Shown piece by piece: positions 38,996 through 50,869 of a stretch of DNA of 64,000 nucleotides. The notes below the pieces were generated by a model. That model did no database searches and was not told the DNA's origin. It was given only the letters and a program-made list of their open reading frames with translations. Numbering within the stretch: position 1 is the first letter of the stretch; each line of letters starts with the position of its first letter. The DNA lies in assembly GCA_009914755.4 (NCBI GenBank), contig CP068257.2, positions 37,216,001 to 37,280,000 of the forward strand, in the 5' to 3' direction. A program made the position numbers and the translations under genes. This DNA comes from the human T2T-CHM13v2.0 reference genome, Homo sapiens.

Positions 38996-39175
38996 GTGTA
39001 TTAACATCAGAATAATATTTTTAAATACATAAAATTCAGAAGATGACAAAGGAAACCAATTACATTGAAATGCATACAGAGTTATAATTCTGAAAGAGCA
39101 ATATATGTGCCTCTTTGTAAACACATCATATATCAAACTGCAGTGACCGTTCTAACAACTATTGCAATTTCAAAG

Positions 39176-39493
39176 TCATGTTGAGTAGGAGGAGTACTTT
39201 GAGATTCTGAAACAACGTTCTTGTGCTATGAAATATCCATGATTTTGATTGGTGATGGTATCCCAGGTCTTGTTAATGCTGCTGTAATCTGTTGCTTCCA
39301 TTCCATAGTTGAATAAAATGCTTGATATCTGTTGGAAATTAGTAAAAATAAAAACGTATTTTTTTCCATCCAAGTTCATTCTCAGACCCTGAAGAGTCAC
39401 TTCTCTGGATTCTGCAGCAAAGTTCCCAGCTGGGGCAGCAAGATTTAGGCAATTGAAAAGAACATACACCTTGTTCTCAGTGGCAAACCACAT
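39176..39493 (-). pseudogene. Possible degraded processed-pseudogene remnant; 105-aa ORF with weak LC8-type dynein-light-chain-like motif
   Basis: ORF ...GMEATDYSSINKTWDTITNQNHGYFIAQERCFRISKYSSYST. The segment NKTWDTITNQNHGYFIAQE resembles the DYNLL1 beta-strand region NPTWHCIVGRNFGSYVTHE (N.TW..I...N.G.(F/Y)(V/I)..E). No intron, poly-A or promoter is recognisable, and it abuts the truncated 5' end of an antisense L1. This is a weak, memory-based resemblance only. Confidence 0.15.
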
Positions 39494-39884
39494 GGAAAGC
39501 TTTAAATGTCAGAGAAGAATTCTGCCATTTTGCTGACTTTTTTGTAGTTCTCCTAATAAACAAGTGTTAAGTGACAAGCTTTTCAGAGGAGATAATTTTC
39601 TTCCAAGTGGTCTTTTTATTTACCTGAATATTAAGTTCAAAGACACTCTAGTCTCTCAAAGGAAACCTGTGGGTGGAGTGTTTTTTAAAATGTCAAATTC
39701 CAAACGAAGCTGAAGGGCACAGCCTCAAGAAGGTTCTGTGTTCACCAGTGCACAGGGACGTGTCAGCCCTTTATTGCCATTGTCTACATAACATTTTTCA
39801 AGTTCTCTGAGTTGTGAGGCTGTCAGTATGAAGACTCCTATTTTTTCTGCTATTAAATTTTTTTTTCCTCCAACTTTTTCTTTT

Positions 39885-40026
39885 TCTTTTTCTTTTCTTT
39901 TGAGATACAATCTCGCTCTGTCACCCAGGATACTGGAATGCAATGCAGCCTTGAACTCCCAGGCTCAAACAATCCTCCTGCCTCAGCCTCCAAAGTAGCT
40001 GGGACTACAGGCATGCACTGTGGTGT
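39885..40026 (-). mobile_element. Alu SINE, antisense, right-arm half; the same element continues at 40396-40550
   Basis: T-rich tail then gagatacaatctcgctctgtcacccaggatactggaatgcaatgcagccttgaactcccaggctcaaacaatcctcctgcctcagcctccaaagtagctgggactacaggcatgcac. Confidence 0.85.
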
Positions 40027-40395
40027 GGTTTGTCTCTGTGTCCCCACCCAAATCTCATGTTGCATTGTAATTCCCAGTGTTAGGGGAAGGGCCTGGTGGG
40101 AGGTGATTGGATCATGGGGGCAGATTTCTCCGTTGCTATTTTCGAGATAGTGAGTGAGTTCTCATGAGATCTGATGGCTTAAAAGTGTGTGGCACTTCCC
40201 CCCACCCCCTCTCTCCTGCCACCTTGTGAGGAATGTCCTTGCTTCTCCTTCACCTTCTGTCATGATTGTAAGTTTCCTGAAGCCTCTCAGTCATCTTTCC
40301 TGTACAGCCTATGGAACTTTGAGTTAATTAAACCTCTTTTCTTCATAAATTACCCAGTCTCAGGAGTTCTTCATAGCAGTGATGATGAATACACA
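40027..40395 (+). mobile_element. MaLR solo LTR, THE1-type, inserted into an Alu
   Basis: tggtttgtctctgtgtccccacccaaatctcatgttgcattgtaattcccagtgttaggggaagggcctggtgggaggtgattggatcatgggggcagatttctcc...ttgtaagtttcctgaagcctctcagtc...ctatggaactttgagttaattaaacctcttttcttcataaattacccagtctcaggag...cagtgatgatgaataca. Close to the THE1 consensus. No poly-A. Confidence 0.7.
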
Positions 40396-40550
40396 CCATC
40401 ACACCCAGCTAATTTTTCTTTATTTTTTTAGTAGAGATGTGGTCTCACTATGTTGCCCAGGCTGTTCTCAAACTCCCGGGCTCAAGTGACCCGCCTACCT
40501 CGGCCTCCCAAAGTGCTGGTATTACAGGCGTGAGCTGCCGCACCCAGCCC
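40396..40550 (-). mobile_element. Alu SINE, antisense, left-arm half; continuation of 39885-40026
   Basis: caccatcacacccagctaatttttctttatttttttagtagagatgtggtctcactatgttgcccaggctgttctcaaactcccgggctcaagtgacccgcctacctcggcctcccaaagtgctggtattacaggcgtgagctgccgcacccagcc. Confidence 0.85.
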
Positions 40551-42074
40551 TCCTCCAACTGCTGCTGGTTGCTATCATAGGTTCTCACTGGGTGTCCACC
40601 TAACATGTCCCTTCAGGAAGGCTGGTGTCCTGACATTCGGTAGCGGAGGCCTGGTGTTGAGCTCACCTGCATTTCTGCCCCCTTCTCTGGCTTTCTGGGG
40701 ATGCCCTCCTCAACCTGAAAATGACTTCCAACTCCTCAGCACAGAAGTGGGCACGTGACCCAAGCAGGTCCAGGATTCCATAAGATCCCAAACACAAAGG
40801 ATCCTGTAATCCTGGGGCTCCAGTGGCCGTCTTGTTCCTTTTGGAGAACTAACCTATTGCAGAGAAAGTAGTAGAGCTAAAAGAAAGAGAAAGAATCCTG
40901 ATAGCATCTGTGACTCTGGATCCAGCTATCCATAAAGCGCCATACGCTAATGCGCTCAATTACCCAAGTCAATGAGTCCCCTTAGAAGCTTAAGCCAGTT
41001 TGATCTGAGTTTCTGCCACTTTCAGGAGGAAGAATCTTATTGGTATATTTTATAATAATCCGGCTGATATGCAAACTGTCTTCAATAGAATGCTCTGTCC
41101 AGAGTCACAGTGGAGTCCATCGCAACAAATAAGGTCAGACAGCTCACAGCTACAACTGGGCTCATGCCTTCCAAGTATCAAAGTCATAACAAACTTCCTC
41201 TGTGTGAGTCCACAAGGCATTCTTCCTCTGGGGGAATCACTCCCTTTCCATTGTCCTGATACTCTCTCTGTGGGGCTGTAGAGGAGTGCATGGCTTTTGC
41301 CCTACTTCCAAGCCTTCTCAGGGAACACAGCAGGGACAAAGAGCTGAAGGCTCAGCCTTGGCCATGGCCCATCAGGCCCACTGCAGGCTTCTCCTGGGAG
41401 AAGATCCAGAGCCTCGGGCTCTGGGCTCCCATATGCAGGGAGAACCTCCGACCACAGAAATTGGAAGGAGCTACCACTCCCTAGGAGACATCTTCCCTTG
41501 AGCTTTTTCAAGGGCTGAACAAACAGAGCCCACACTTGTTCACGGAATCCATGGGCCTCAGCACATCAGAGAGAGGAGAAGAAATTGACCCAGAGTGTAA
41601 CCCACCCCCATCTTCGGGCCCCACCAAGAATTGTCAGTGATGCCAGAGGAAGAGGCACCTAATTCAACAGATCAATGGAGACTCACATCACCCACAAGCA
41701 CCACTTATCTGCTATTTCATCCCACACCAGTACCTGATCATCAACCGTTGCAAACACTCATTGCTGTAATTGTATCATTAGTTTCAATCACAGCCAATTT
41801 GGGGCTGGCATGTGAATATCCTTTTCTGTTCCCACTGCTGATGAAATTTCAGAATTATAAGGTGAATGAAACCTAGTAGATTAAAGTAATTGTGAAACTG
41901 ATGCTAAAGAACAGTCCTGTTCCCCATGCCGCCTAAACATGTAATTTCAGACATCAAACAGAATCTTTAAGCTGAAATAAAATCTCTACTTAGTCTAGCA
42001 CCATTGTATTCTCTGTATGGGATGAAGGCAGCTCTTACCCCATCTATTAAGATTTATTATTAAAATTGCCTGGG

Positions 42075-42400
42075 GGCCGGGCGCGGTGGCTCACGCCTGT
42101 AATCCCAGCACTTTGGGAGGCCGAGGCGGGCGGATCACGAGGTCAGGAGATCGAGACCATCCTGGCTAACACGGTGAAACCCCGTCTCTACTAAAAATAC
42201 AAAAAATTAGCCAGGCGAGGTGGCGGGCGCCTGTAGTCCCAGCTACTCGGGAGGCTGAGGCAGGAGAATGGCGTGAACCCCAGGGGGCGGAGCCTGCAGT
42301 GAGCCGAGATTGCGCCACTGCACTCCAGCCTGGGCGACAGCGAGACTCCGTCTCAAAAATAAAATAAAATAAAATAAAATAAAATAAAATAAAATAAAAT
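42075..42400 (+). mobile_element. AluY-type SINE, near-consensus, with perfect 13-bp TSD and (AAAAT)n tail
   Basis: ggccgggcgcggtggctcacgcctgtaatcccagcactttgggaggccgaggcgggcggatcacgaggtcaggagatcgagaccatcctggctaacacggtgaaaccccgtctctactaaaaatacaaaaaattagccaggcg.ggtggcgggcgcctgtagtcccagctactcgggaggctgaggcaggagaatggcgtgaacc...gagattgcgccactgcactccagcctgggcgacagcgagactccgtctcaaaaat(aaaat)x9. TSD aaaattgcctggg is present at 42062-42074 and again at 42401-42413. Confidence 0.97.
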
Positions 42401-43259
42401 AAAATTGCCTGGGAATTAAAAAAATACATTTTTTCCCTTGGCAAAGTCAGCACCTAGCTATCTCAGTTAACTCTCTGGAGGAGAAAAAGGGGAACAGTGG
42501 TTGTGAAATTTGAGACTTGCAAGAGTGCCCAGGACTGCCTAGGCATAGACTAGACTGTTCCACCTAAATACTCCCATAGAAAATGCCCTAGGTGAAGTCT
42601 CCAGGTGTAGTTTTCAGAGCAACGCCCTCACCCAGTTCTTCAGGTTCCATAATACATTAGTGACCACACTAAATCTTAAAGTCCTTGCCATCAGTTGACA
42701 TAAAAGTCCAGTGAGAACTCTGGCCTTACCAGTGAAGACTAAGCCCCAAGAAAGCTGTGTGAGCTGTTGTATGTTGAGTCAGCCTCCAGCCAGTCTTCTA
42801 CCCATTGCTAGAATAACAAATCAAGTCTCCTCCTTCAACTGGGACTCATGTGATCGTCACCCTCCTTGAAAGACAGCCCTGTCCTAACCCCCTCCAGAGC
42901 TGCCACATCCCTGGTCCCCAAACAATCAAGTGAGGAGGGAAGGCTACTGGCCACCCACAAGGCCCTGAAAGTACAGCGTGTTGACTCAGGAATAATCCAA
43001 GCCTATGGCAGGAGGAACAGGACTTTATGGAAGCTGGGAGACTGAAGAAGGAGTCACCATGGCAACCAGCTCTCCAGCTTTCATTCTCCTCCCCATCACT
43101 TGATCCAGACATTCTCCTTCCAGATCATAAGGCCTGACATCCATCCACTTCCTATCATGTGGTCACAGGCAGATCTCTCTACCCACTGGCAAAAAGTGGG
43201 CTGATGGAAATGAGCATTGGGTGCATGGTGCTTGGACTGGGTTTCATAGTTATCGCTCC

Positions 43260-43650
43260 AAAATCCATGGCCTCTTCGGAACCTCAGAATGGGACCTTAT
43301 TTGGAAAAAGGGTCTTTACAGATGTAATGAGTTAGTATAACATCATTCTGAATCAAAGTGGGCCCTAAATCCAATGACTGGTGTCCTCTATAAGGAAAGA
43401 AAACAGAGACACAGAGACACACAGGGAAGAAGCCATGTGAAGGCCAACGCAGAGGTTGGAGGGATGGAGCAACAAGCCGAGGAATGCCAAGGACTGCAGC
43501 AACCACCAGGAGCTTGGAAGAGGCATAGAAGCTACTAGAAGGAGCCAATCCTGCCAACTCCTGGATTTCACATTTCTGATCTCCAGAACCGTGAGAGAAT
43601 ACATTTCTGGTGTTTTAAGCCAAGCTGTTTGTGGTGCTTACTAAGCCAGC
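43260..43650 (-). mobile_element. MaLR solo LTR, MLT1-type, reverse orientation
   Basis: ...atgtaatgagttagtataacatcattctgaatcaaagtgggccctaaatccaatgactggtgtcctctataaggaaag...aagccatgtgaaggccaacgcagagg...tgccaactcctggatttcacatttctgatctccagaaccgtgagagaatacatttctggtgttttaagccaagctgtttgtggtgcttactaagccagcc. Confidence 0.5.
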
Positions 43651-45239
43651 CACAGGAAACACACACAGGGCCACATGAACACTTCAAAATACAGCCATTG
43701 CGAAACCTGAAACCTGGAATCTAATTAGCCTGAACCAGCCATTAAAAGAAAAAGTGATGTATGCCTGATAACCATTCTCCATATTTTTATAAGGAGACAG
43801 AACCAGTAAGAAAAAGAACATAGATAAATTAATTCCCCCGTTTTACAAGATATTTATTTTACAAGTAACCTTCCAGGGAATTCCCTGGTATGAACAAATG
43901 CATGCATTATGAACCCATCCAATGATATTGAGTTCACTGCTGGAATCTGGGCAAAACACTGCAAGTTGCTCGGTGAAAACAGGTCCAATTGTGTTTGGTT
44001 TGCTCTAAGTCAGCTGCAGGGAGGCACTGCTCTGCCACAAGACAGGAGGGAGGAAAGCTGGGGAAATCAGATAGGTTTCCTTGTTGCAGGTGTGTTCAAA
44101 GGAGGGTTGGAGCATCTTCCACTGACTTCACCTCTATGAAGCTCCTCTCCTGTCTTCGTAGTGAGAACAGAGATGGCTGTAAGTCAAACACGCCCGGAAA
44201 AGGCATTCGTGGACCAGACCATCCATGCACTGTGTTAACTGACCACTTAGGGCGAGCAGCGTTACAGGCCTGTAGTTGTGGAGGCAGGAGCTACAGGGAC
44301 ATTTCTGATGTGGCTCCAGCCCTCCACGATGGTATGATCCAGTTGAACCCAGAATCCCAGCACATGTGGACCAGTCAGGAAGCAACTGACTGAGAGCGGT
44401 AGAGGACCCAAATTTCTTCGGAGGTATTTACTTCGTTGAGAAAACCCACAGGGCAGCTCCAATCCCACATCCCTGGCATCCTGTGGCTTATGGGCGTGGG
44501 GCCACTTGCCTGTTGGAGGCGTGATGCATGATCCCCAGTATTTGCTCTGCAAGGCCAGGCATGGGCTCACCGAGAAACAACCTCGCCTTTGTGTTGTCCT
44601 CCTCCTGGACAATCCATGGGACAGGCCGGCCCTTTGGAGGGCACTTCCTGGGCTGTCCATCCCTCACTGGGGAAGCAAGAAGGCTCTGGATTGCCTGCCC
44701 CCCAGCCACCTGATATGAGTTGGGCACAGGGAGTGGCATTAGCCTGGGGCATTAATCCCCTCTGGTAGATGTCCCAACAAACATGCACCAATCAGAGACA
44801 GGGGCAGGGCACCAGGGGAAACTGTAGTCTCCTTTGCTTTGAATCAGTTATTATGGAGGACTTTATCACAAACACAGAATTACATTCCCAAATATTCATT
44901 CTTTTCAACACAAAGCTTAAAAGGTATTGCAGTTTGAATTGTAGTTGAGACATGACTCTGTAGTACCCACTACTGCATAAGGTTCAAGTCCAAAATGATC
45001 CACAGTCTTTTTCTTCTTTAATATTTTCTCTTTTTCACTGAGATGTAACACTGTACCTTCTATTGTAGGTGCTCCAATCTCAGGTATACCATCCAATAAT
45101 GTCTTACATATGTCTACAGCCATGCAACTGCCTCCCAGAGCAACATCTCAGACATTTCCAGGCTCCAGCAGACTTCCTGATGTTCCTTCTCTTTCAATAC
45201 AAACCTCCAGTCCTACAGGTAACTGCTATTACAACTTCT

Positions 45240-45830
45240 AGTACCATGTGTTATTGAGCTTCATATAGATCGGAATTGTACAATGTGGGCTCCTTGAGAT
45301 CTGCTTTCTTCTGCTTAACGTTATGTCTGTAAAACATCTTTGCATGGGGCAACAGTTTATTTTTTCATTGCTATGTACTATTCCATTGAATGCATATGCC
45401 CCAATTTATTTAGTTCATCCTAACGTGGATGGGTATGTGTTGTTTTCTGTTTGGGACTATGATATATAAAGGTGCTAGGACCTTTCTCACACATGTCTCT
45501 TGGTGGCCACAGCCCTCGTTTCTTTTGAGAATATGCCCAGGAGTTTCTGGGGCATGGAAATATGTATGTTTAACTGTAGTAGACACCTCCAAACTCTTTT
45601 CCAAAACTGAACCAATTTACACTTCAACCATCAGTGTATGAGAGCTCTTGCTGTTACCCACCATTGTCAACACTTGTTGTTGTCAGTCCTTTTAATTTTA
45701 GCCTTTCTAATGGATGCATAATGGTATCTTACTGTGGGTGTAATTTGCATTTTCCTCTTGGCTGTAATACTGGGCATCTTCTTATGTGCTATTGGCCACT
45801 TGTATTTTCCTCTATTATGGGGGTCTCCGT
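45240..45830 (-). mobile_element. L1 3'-region fragment, antisense
   Basis: ...tttcattgctatgtactattccattgaatgcatatgccccaatttatttagttcatcc...gggtatgtgttgttttctgtttgggactatgatatataaaggtgctagg...caaactcttttccaaaactgaaccaatttacacttcaaccatcagtgtatgagagctcttg...gtcaacacttgttgttgtcag, which matches the antisense 3' end of older L1. Confidence 0.5.
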
Positions 45831-48589
45831 GAATCACTCTATAAAGGGCCTGACAGTTAATATCTCTGGCTTTGGAGGTCATATGGTCTTGTCCCTACTA
45901 CTCAACTATGCTGTTGTCAAGCAAAAGCAGCCATGGGCAATGTGTGAATGAATGGGATTGGCTGTGTTCCAACACAGCTTATTTATAAAAACAGGCTGGG
46001 ATGGGAGGTGGATTTTGCTGGTGAGGCTTTAATTTGGTGACCCCTGCTATATTGTAATGTGCCTGCCCAAGACTTCTGCCCATTTTAAAATTAGGTTGTC
46101 TTTTTAATTTATTCATACAAGTTCTCTGTAAGTTCTAAATTCCAGTTTTATATTCTTAATCATTTATCATGTTTTGAAAATTAAAAAAAAAAACAGTTAT
46201 TATGTTGGACCATTCCTATAGCTTTTGCCCTGTGTTTCTACCATAGTCCCCTAAGAGATGAGATCACTCTTGTGAAAAGAGCTTCCTGCTGTTACCCAAG
46301 AGAGCTGTCTGCTGCCATCTTTGCCCCAGCATGACAGTGTGGCAGCCCAGCCCAGAGCACTGTGGCTCTGCTTGTAGCCTTGGGGAGTCCCACTGCCTAG
46401 ACCAGGCTGGGTGAAAATAGCCTGACTTCTTGGAATGGACACAGTTTTCAAAAGGAGCATAAATTTAGTCTGCCAATTCATGTATATGCCATGATGGTCA
46501 AAATTGAGGGATCTGGGCAAAGATTCCTTTTCCATTCTTAGCCAAATGCTTTCTAGGTTGGGCATCAGTTGATGGTGCAATTGAGAGGAAATTGCCCAAT
46601 TATTTTGTTGCTTCACTAACAAAATGCTTACTGTCTTTGCATTGTAAAATCTTTTTTTCATTTATAAGCTCCCCAAGGGAGCAAAAGCCATGCACAGTGG
46701 TGTGCCAGGAGCCCTCATGATTGTTTTGCCTGTTATCTTATTTGAGCAAATATTAGTATCTCATTTTGCAGCAAGGAAACTGAGGGTCAGAGTAGTTACA
46801 TGAATTGATCGGGATCAAGAGATTAAATAATTGACCAAGCCAGAAATGTTTTACTCCAAAGTCCATGATCTTCCCCATGGGCCCATACTGTGGTTTCCCT
46901 TTCATATAGAGATGGGGCTGGAAGGGCCATTATTGAATATCTGGTCAAGTTCCCTCACTTGATGGATGAACGCTGAGATCTGGAAGGAGTCAACCAACTC
47001 ATCACCCAAGGTTCCCCCAACAAGCTAGCAGCAAAGCTTGGATGAGAACCCAGATTTCTAAGTTCAAAGTCTTCCTCACATCTTCCTTTATTTAAATAAT
47101 TTTGACTGTACTACATCAACCATAACACAAGCTATATAAAAACAGCAATTTGTTTTTCTAAGACTATACCTAGTGTCTGTAATAGCATCAAGCAATTGAG
47201 ATGTTCCATTTGTTGAATAAATGGATCGTAAGACAATAAGTAGTAGGTGGTTTGATTACATCCTGCAAAGAAGTTTTGATGCTCTTCCTACTTTTCACTC
47301 CCTCTTAAGTCTTCATTCAAGACAAAGAAGCTCATTGGATGCCCAATATCAGCCAAGACCAAAGGCCAAAAGGAAATGCACAACATCAAGCCTTTTTTTC
47401 TTGTTCAGTAATAAAATCTATAGCAATACTATAATTTGTTTCCTTTACAGATACTTTAATCAAAAAGAAACATATCAAAATATGGTAAATTCTGCTTGTT
47501 CATTCAAGTTATCCAATTGGCTTTAGAATGCCACTTATCCTTACTTTCAATTGTATTCATTTCCAAATATACAGCTTCTTAGAAATGTAGGGACACTATC
47601 CTCAGCCCTTAAATGTGGAATTTATCAACCCCTGTATTGTTTATTTTTGTGCAATTAGCAACATCACTTCTGGGGAAAAAAAAGGACTTTTGGGACTGAT
47701 AAATGTATTTGTGACATTTTCCTCTAAATATCTTGCTTCTTTATGCATCCTCTCATTTTATACTGAGCTTGGTCTAGGGGAAGTTCGGGTAAACAGATCT
47801 CTTATGAGTAATTAGTGTCCAATTAAGCCAAGGTTTCATGTCTGTGTGAGTCCAGCCTCTTTTTCCAACCTCTGGGAAGAATTAAGTAGGTCAGGTCTCT
47901 GTTTACAAAGCAAGCCCCAATGCTGTTGACTATCCAGGGGATTTTACAAGTTATTCCCAGTAGCTGAACCACTAGATAAAGCTACTCAAAAAATTTGTAT
48001 AGGCCTTTGCTGCTGTGCAAGGGGCAACGTTGACCATCCAGTGATCTAGGTCCTTCCTTTCTGCATTTGTCCTGTGGGAGTTTCCACAGACTGTTACATC
48101 ACCAAGAAGCTTCATCCTGAAACAAAAGGAAGGTCACAACCCTGATCTCATGGTCAAAAGATCATGACACTATCCTTCCCATCATAAGCCCTGTTTCAAA
48201 TGACTCAACTTGAACGGCAGCTGCTCTACTGGCAATCTTTTGTGCATGATTTATTTTTTCCAACTTTGTATTCCAAAAATTTTCAAATATACAAAAAAGA
48301 TAAAAGATGAATACGAGGAACATTTGTATACTCACCACTTAGATTCAAAAATCATCGACATTTGGCTGAACCGTTTGAAAGTGAGCTGCACTTTAAATAT
48401 TTTTGCATCTATCGCCTGAGAATAAAAACATTCTCTCTAATACGAAGTAACACTGTAACAAAGAATTATTTAAGTTATCAAAGTAGTCAAAATAAAGTTG
48501 TTCATAATATTTTCTTATTATCCTCTTAAAGTCTGTAGGATCTGTAGTGATGTGTCACTTTCATTCCTGATGCGGGAATTTGTGTCTTC

Positions 48590-49495
48590 GCTCTTTTTTT
48601 CTGCATAAATCTAATTAGAGGTTTATTAATTTTATTAATTTTTCCCCAAAGAACCTGCTGTGGGTTTCATTTATTTTTTTAGTTTTGGTAAATTTAATTC
48701 ATGTCTGCTTTTATGTTTATTATTTCCCTTTTCCTATTTTTGGATTTAATTTGCTTCTTTCTAGCATCTTGAAGTGGAAGTTTTGATCTGTTTGTAGCCA
48801 TATCTTACCTATTTTAATATGCTGCGTTTTTGTTCTTAGTTAGTTCAAAATATTTTTGATACTCCTTGTTATTTCTGCTTTGACCCATGGGTTATTTAGA
48901 AATATGTTGTTTAATTTCCACATATTTGGGGGCTTTCCAGATTCTTCTGTTGTTGACTTCTTATTAAATTCTATTATAGGCAGAACATAAACTTTTTATG
49001 ATTTCAATCCTTTTAAATTTGTTGAGGCTTGGTCTTTGGCTCAGCACATGGCCTATCTTGGCAAATGTTCCATGTGCACTGGAAAAGAGTGAACATTCTG
49101 TTGCTATTACATGGACATATTTACATCAATTAGTCAAGTTGGTAAATAGTGTTATTCACTATTCAGTAAATAGTGTTGCTGAGTTTCTGTTTACTTCTTC
49201 TGTAAGTTATTAGGAAAAGAATGCAGAAATTTCCAACTATGATTGTTGATTTACCCATTCTTCCCAGTTTATCAGTTTTTGCTTCATTTATTGTGTGCAT
49301 ACACATTTAAGATTGTTATATCTTTGTGATGCATTGACCCTTTGTCAGTATAAAACGTCCTTCTTCATCCCTGCTAATAATCATTTTTCTGATTTCTGTT
49401 TTCTCTGATGTTAATACAGCCAGTCTTACTTTATTTTTATTATTTGCATGAAATATCTATTTCTATCTTTTACCTATTTTTGTTATCACATGTGA
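48590..49495 (-). mobile_element. L1 ORF2 internal fragment, antisense
   Basis: ctttgacccatgggttatttagaaatatgttgtttaatttccacatatttggggg.tttccagattcttctgttgttgacttct...atgatttcaatccttttaaatttgttgaggcttggtctttggctcagcacatggcctatcttggcaaatgttccatgtgcactggaaaagagtgaacattctgttgc...gcattgaccctttgtcag, matching antisense L1 ORF2. Confidence 0.75.
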
Positions 49496-49935
49496 AGTGA
49501 ATTTCTTGGATAAAGAAAATGTGGTACATATACATCATGGAATACCATGCAGCCATAAAAAAAGAATGAAATAATGATCTTTGCAGCAACATGGATGCAG
49601 CTGGAAGCCATTATTATAAGCAAATTAATTCAGAAACAGAAAATAAATATTGCATATTCTCACTTATAAGTGGGAGCTAAACCTCAGATACATGTGAACA
49701 TAAAGATGGGAACAAGAGATACTGGGAACTCCAAAAGGAGGGAAGACAGGAAGGTGGCAAGGGCTGAAAAACTTTTTATTGATACTATGTTCACTATCTG
49801 GATGATGGGATCAATAGAAGCCTAAGCCTCAGCATCACACGATATAACTAATCTTGCAATAAACCTGCGACAAACCTTGTAACAAACACATACCACTCGA
49901 ATCTAAAATTTAAATTTAAAAATTTAAATAATAAC
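49495..49935 (+). mobile_element. L1 3' end (L1PA-type), sense, with A-rich tail
   Basis: tggataaagaaaatgtggtacatatacatcatggaataccatgcagccataaaaaa.gaatgaaataatgatctttgcagcaacatggatgcagctggaagccattattataagcaaattaattcagaaacagaaaataaatattgcatattctcacttataagtgggagctaaac... then an A-rich tail (aaatttaaaaatttaaataataacaataa). Confidence 0.8.
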
Positions 49936-50413
49936 AATAATTAAGTTTCTTGCAGCTCGCACACAGTTTTGTCTTTCATTTTTAACAAGCTCTGTCTTTT
50001 GATTGGGGTGACATGTTATGTAATTATCAACATGGTTGAATTTAAATCTACCATCTCCCTTTTTTTTCTATTCGTCTCATCCCTTTTTTATTTCTTTTCC
50101 CCTAAATTTCCACTTTCTTTTGGAATATATTTTTTCTACTCTATTTATAGACACTATTGGCTGATAAGCTATAGTCTTTTATTATTTTAAGTAGTTCTTC
50201 TAAGATTTACAATATTCAAATTTAACTTTTCACAGTCCATATAGATATAATATTATGCTACTTCATGTATAATCCTTAGGACATTATATTTCTATTTTTG
50301 CCTGCTATCTTTGTGCTATTATTGTCGTACACTTTATTTCTCACCTTATTTTAACTGCAAAATACATTTCTACTCTTTTTGCCTTAAATATTACATTATT
50401 TAAGGCAAATAAT

Positions 50414-50727
50414 GGGCCAGGCATGGTGGCTCATGCCTGTAACCCCAGCACTTTGGGAGGCTATGTGGGCAGATCTCTTGAGATCAGGAGTTTGAGACCA
50501 GCCTGGCCAACATAGTGAAACCCCAACTCTACTAAAAATACAAAACTTAGCCTGGCATGGTGGCACATGCCTGTGGTCCCAGATCTCCAGAGGCTGAGGC
50601 AGGAGAACCACTTGAACTCAGGAGGCAGAGGCTGCAGTGAGCTGAGATCACATCACTGCACTCCAGCCTGGGTGACAGAGCAAGACTCTGTCTCAAAAAA
50701 AAAAAAAAAGAAAAAAGAAAAAAAATT
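50414..50727 (+). mobile_element. Alu SINE
   Basis: gggccaggcatggtggctcatgcctgtaaccccagcactttgggaggc...gcagtgagctgagatcacatcactgcactccagcctgggtgacagagcaagactctgtctcaaaaaaaaaaaaaaagaaaaaagaaaaaaaa. Confidence 0.95.
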
Positions 50728-50869
50728 AAATTATCTTTTAACAAAATGTTTAAATGAGGCAAAAAACCCTTTATATTTACTCAAATATTTATCAATATCA
50801 GCCCTTTCCATTCTTGTGTATACATCCAAGTTTCTATGTGATCGTAGGTTTTATATTCCCATGATTTAA

